From positions 1,312,001 to 1,376,000 of the forward strand of contig OY970061.1 of the NCBI GenBank assembly GCA_963705255.1: DNA of 64,000 nt. The letters run 5' to 3'. The DNA is from an uncultured Methanoregulaceae archaeon. GTDB taxonomy: Archaea > Halobacteriota > Methanomicrobia > Methanomicrobiales > Methanospirillaceae. The translations under genes and the position numbers were made by a program. Position 1 is the first letter of the stretch; every line of letters begins with the position of its first letter. Below are positions 63,739-64,000 of this stretch, in pieces. The notes under the pieces were generated by a model, which was given only the letters and a program-made list of their open reading frames with translations, searched no databases and was not told the origin of the DNA.

Positions 63739-64000
63739 CACTCTCCATCAATTCGTATTCACCCGATCCGGCTGATATCGTGCGCTCCGGTTGGATAGGC
63801 GGTTCCGGTGCGTCGTCGTGACTTTTTAAATACTATGCCGGTATCGATTACGACGAGGTCATTTTCTTTAAGTCTCGTTCATGCACCAGAACCGCTGGCC
63901 GGGATTGTAATGAGAGGAAGAAAAATTTTTAAAACAGAAGGCCGGAAAAACGCAGAAATTTATTTTTCCGGGACATTCTCACCAAGAGGCTTGAGAATCG

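Noticed and set aside
49650-64000. Integrated element at tRNA-Cys carrying the ars region
   Set aside because: No integrase or transposase, the region lies on the 5' side of the tRNAs, and the two tRNAs are complete and differ in their acceptor stems, so they are not an att duplication.

Overview
Chromosomal window of a methanogenic archaeon, most likely Methanomicrobiales (Methanoregula/Methanolinea-like). This rests on egsA, archaeal ProRS, SepCysS, UPF0179, DUF63, CCA-less tRNAs and TATA promoters. Most of the window is housekeeping and signalling genes. It has four tRNAs (Gly-CCC, Thr-CGT, two Cys-GCA), a minus-strand sulfur/cysteine cluster (tRNA-Cys x2, pscS, metY, metX-CBS, stand-alone ThrRS editing domain, DUF1890/1894, thiI, plus a nearby PAPS-reductase/SufS fusion), a receptor Ser/Thr kinase with an FHA-HTH regulator, and an arsenic/redox accessory region. 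The strongest unexplained signal is a non-coding ~58-nt double-hairpin module. It forms a ~5.5-unit array filling the space between tRNA-Cys and the pscS start codon, and recurs beside the second tRNA-Cys and 27 kb away. Structure is conserved while stem sequences vary. A palindromic operator candidate (TTCACAATTGTGAA-like) occurs three times in the same locus, next to a divergent HTH gene. Several apparent frameshifts or stops fall on the same base of GTAC, suggesting methylation-induced basecalling errors rather than real pseudogenes. All calls come from reading the sequence by eye; no searches were run.
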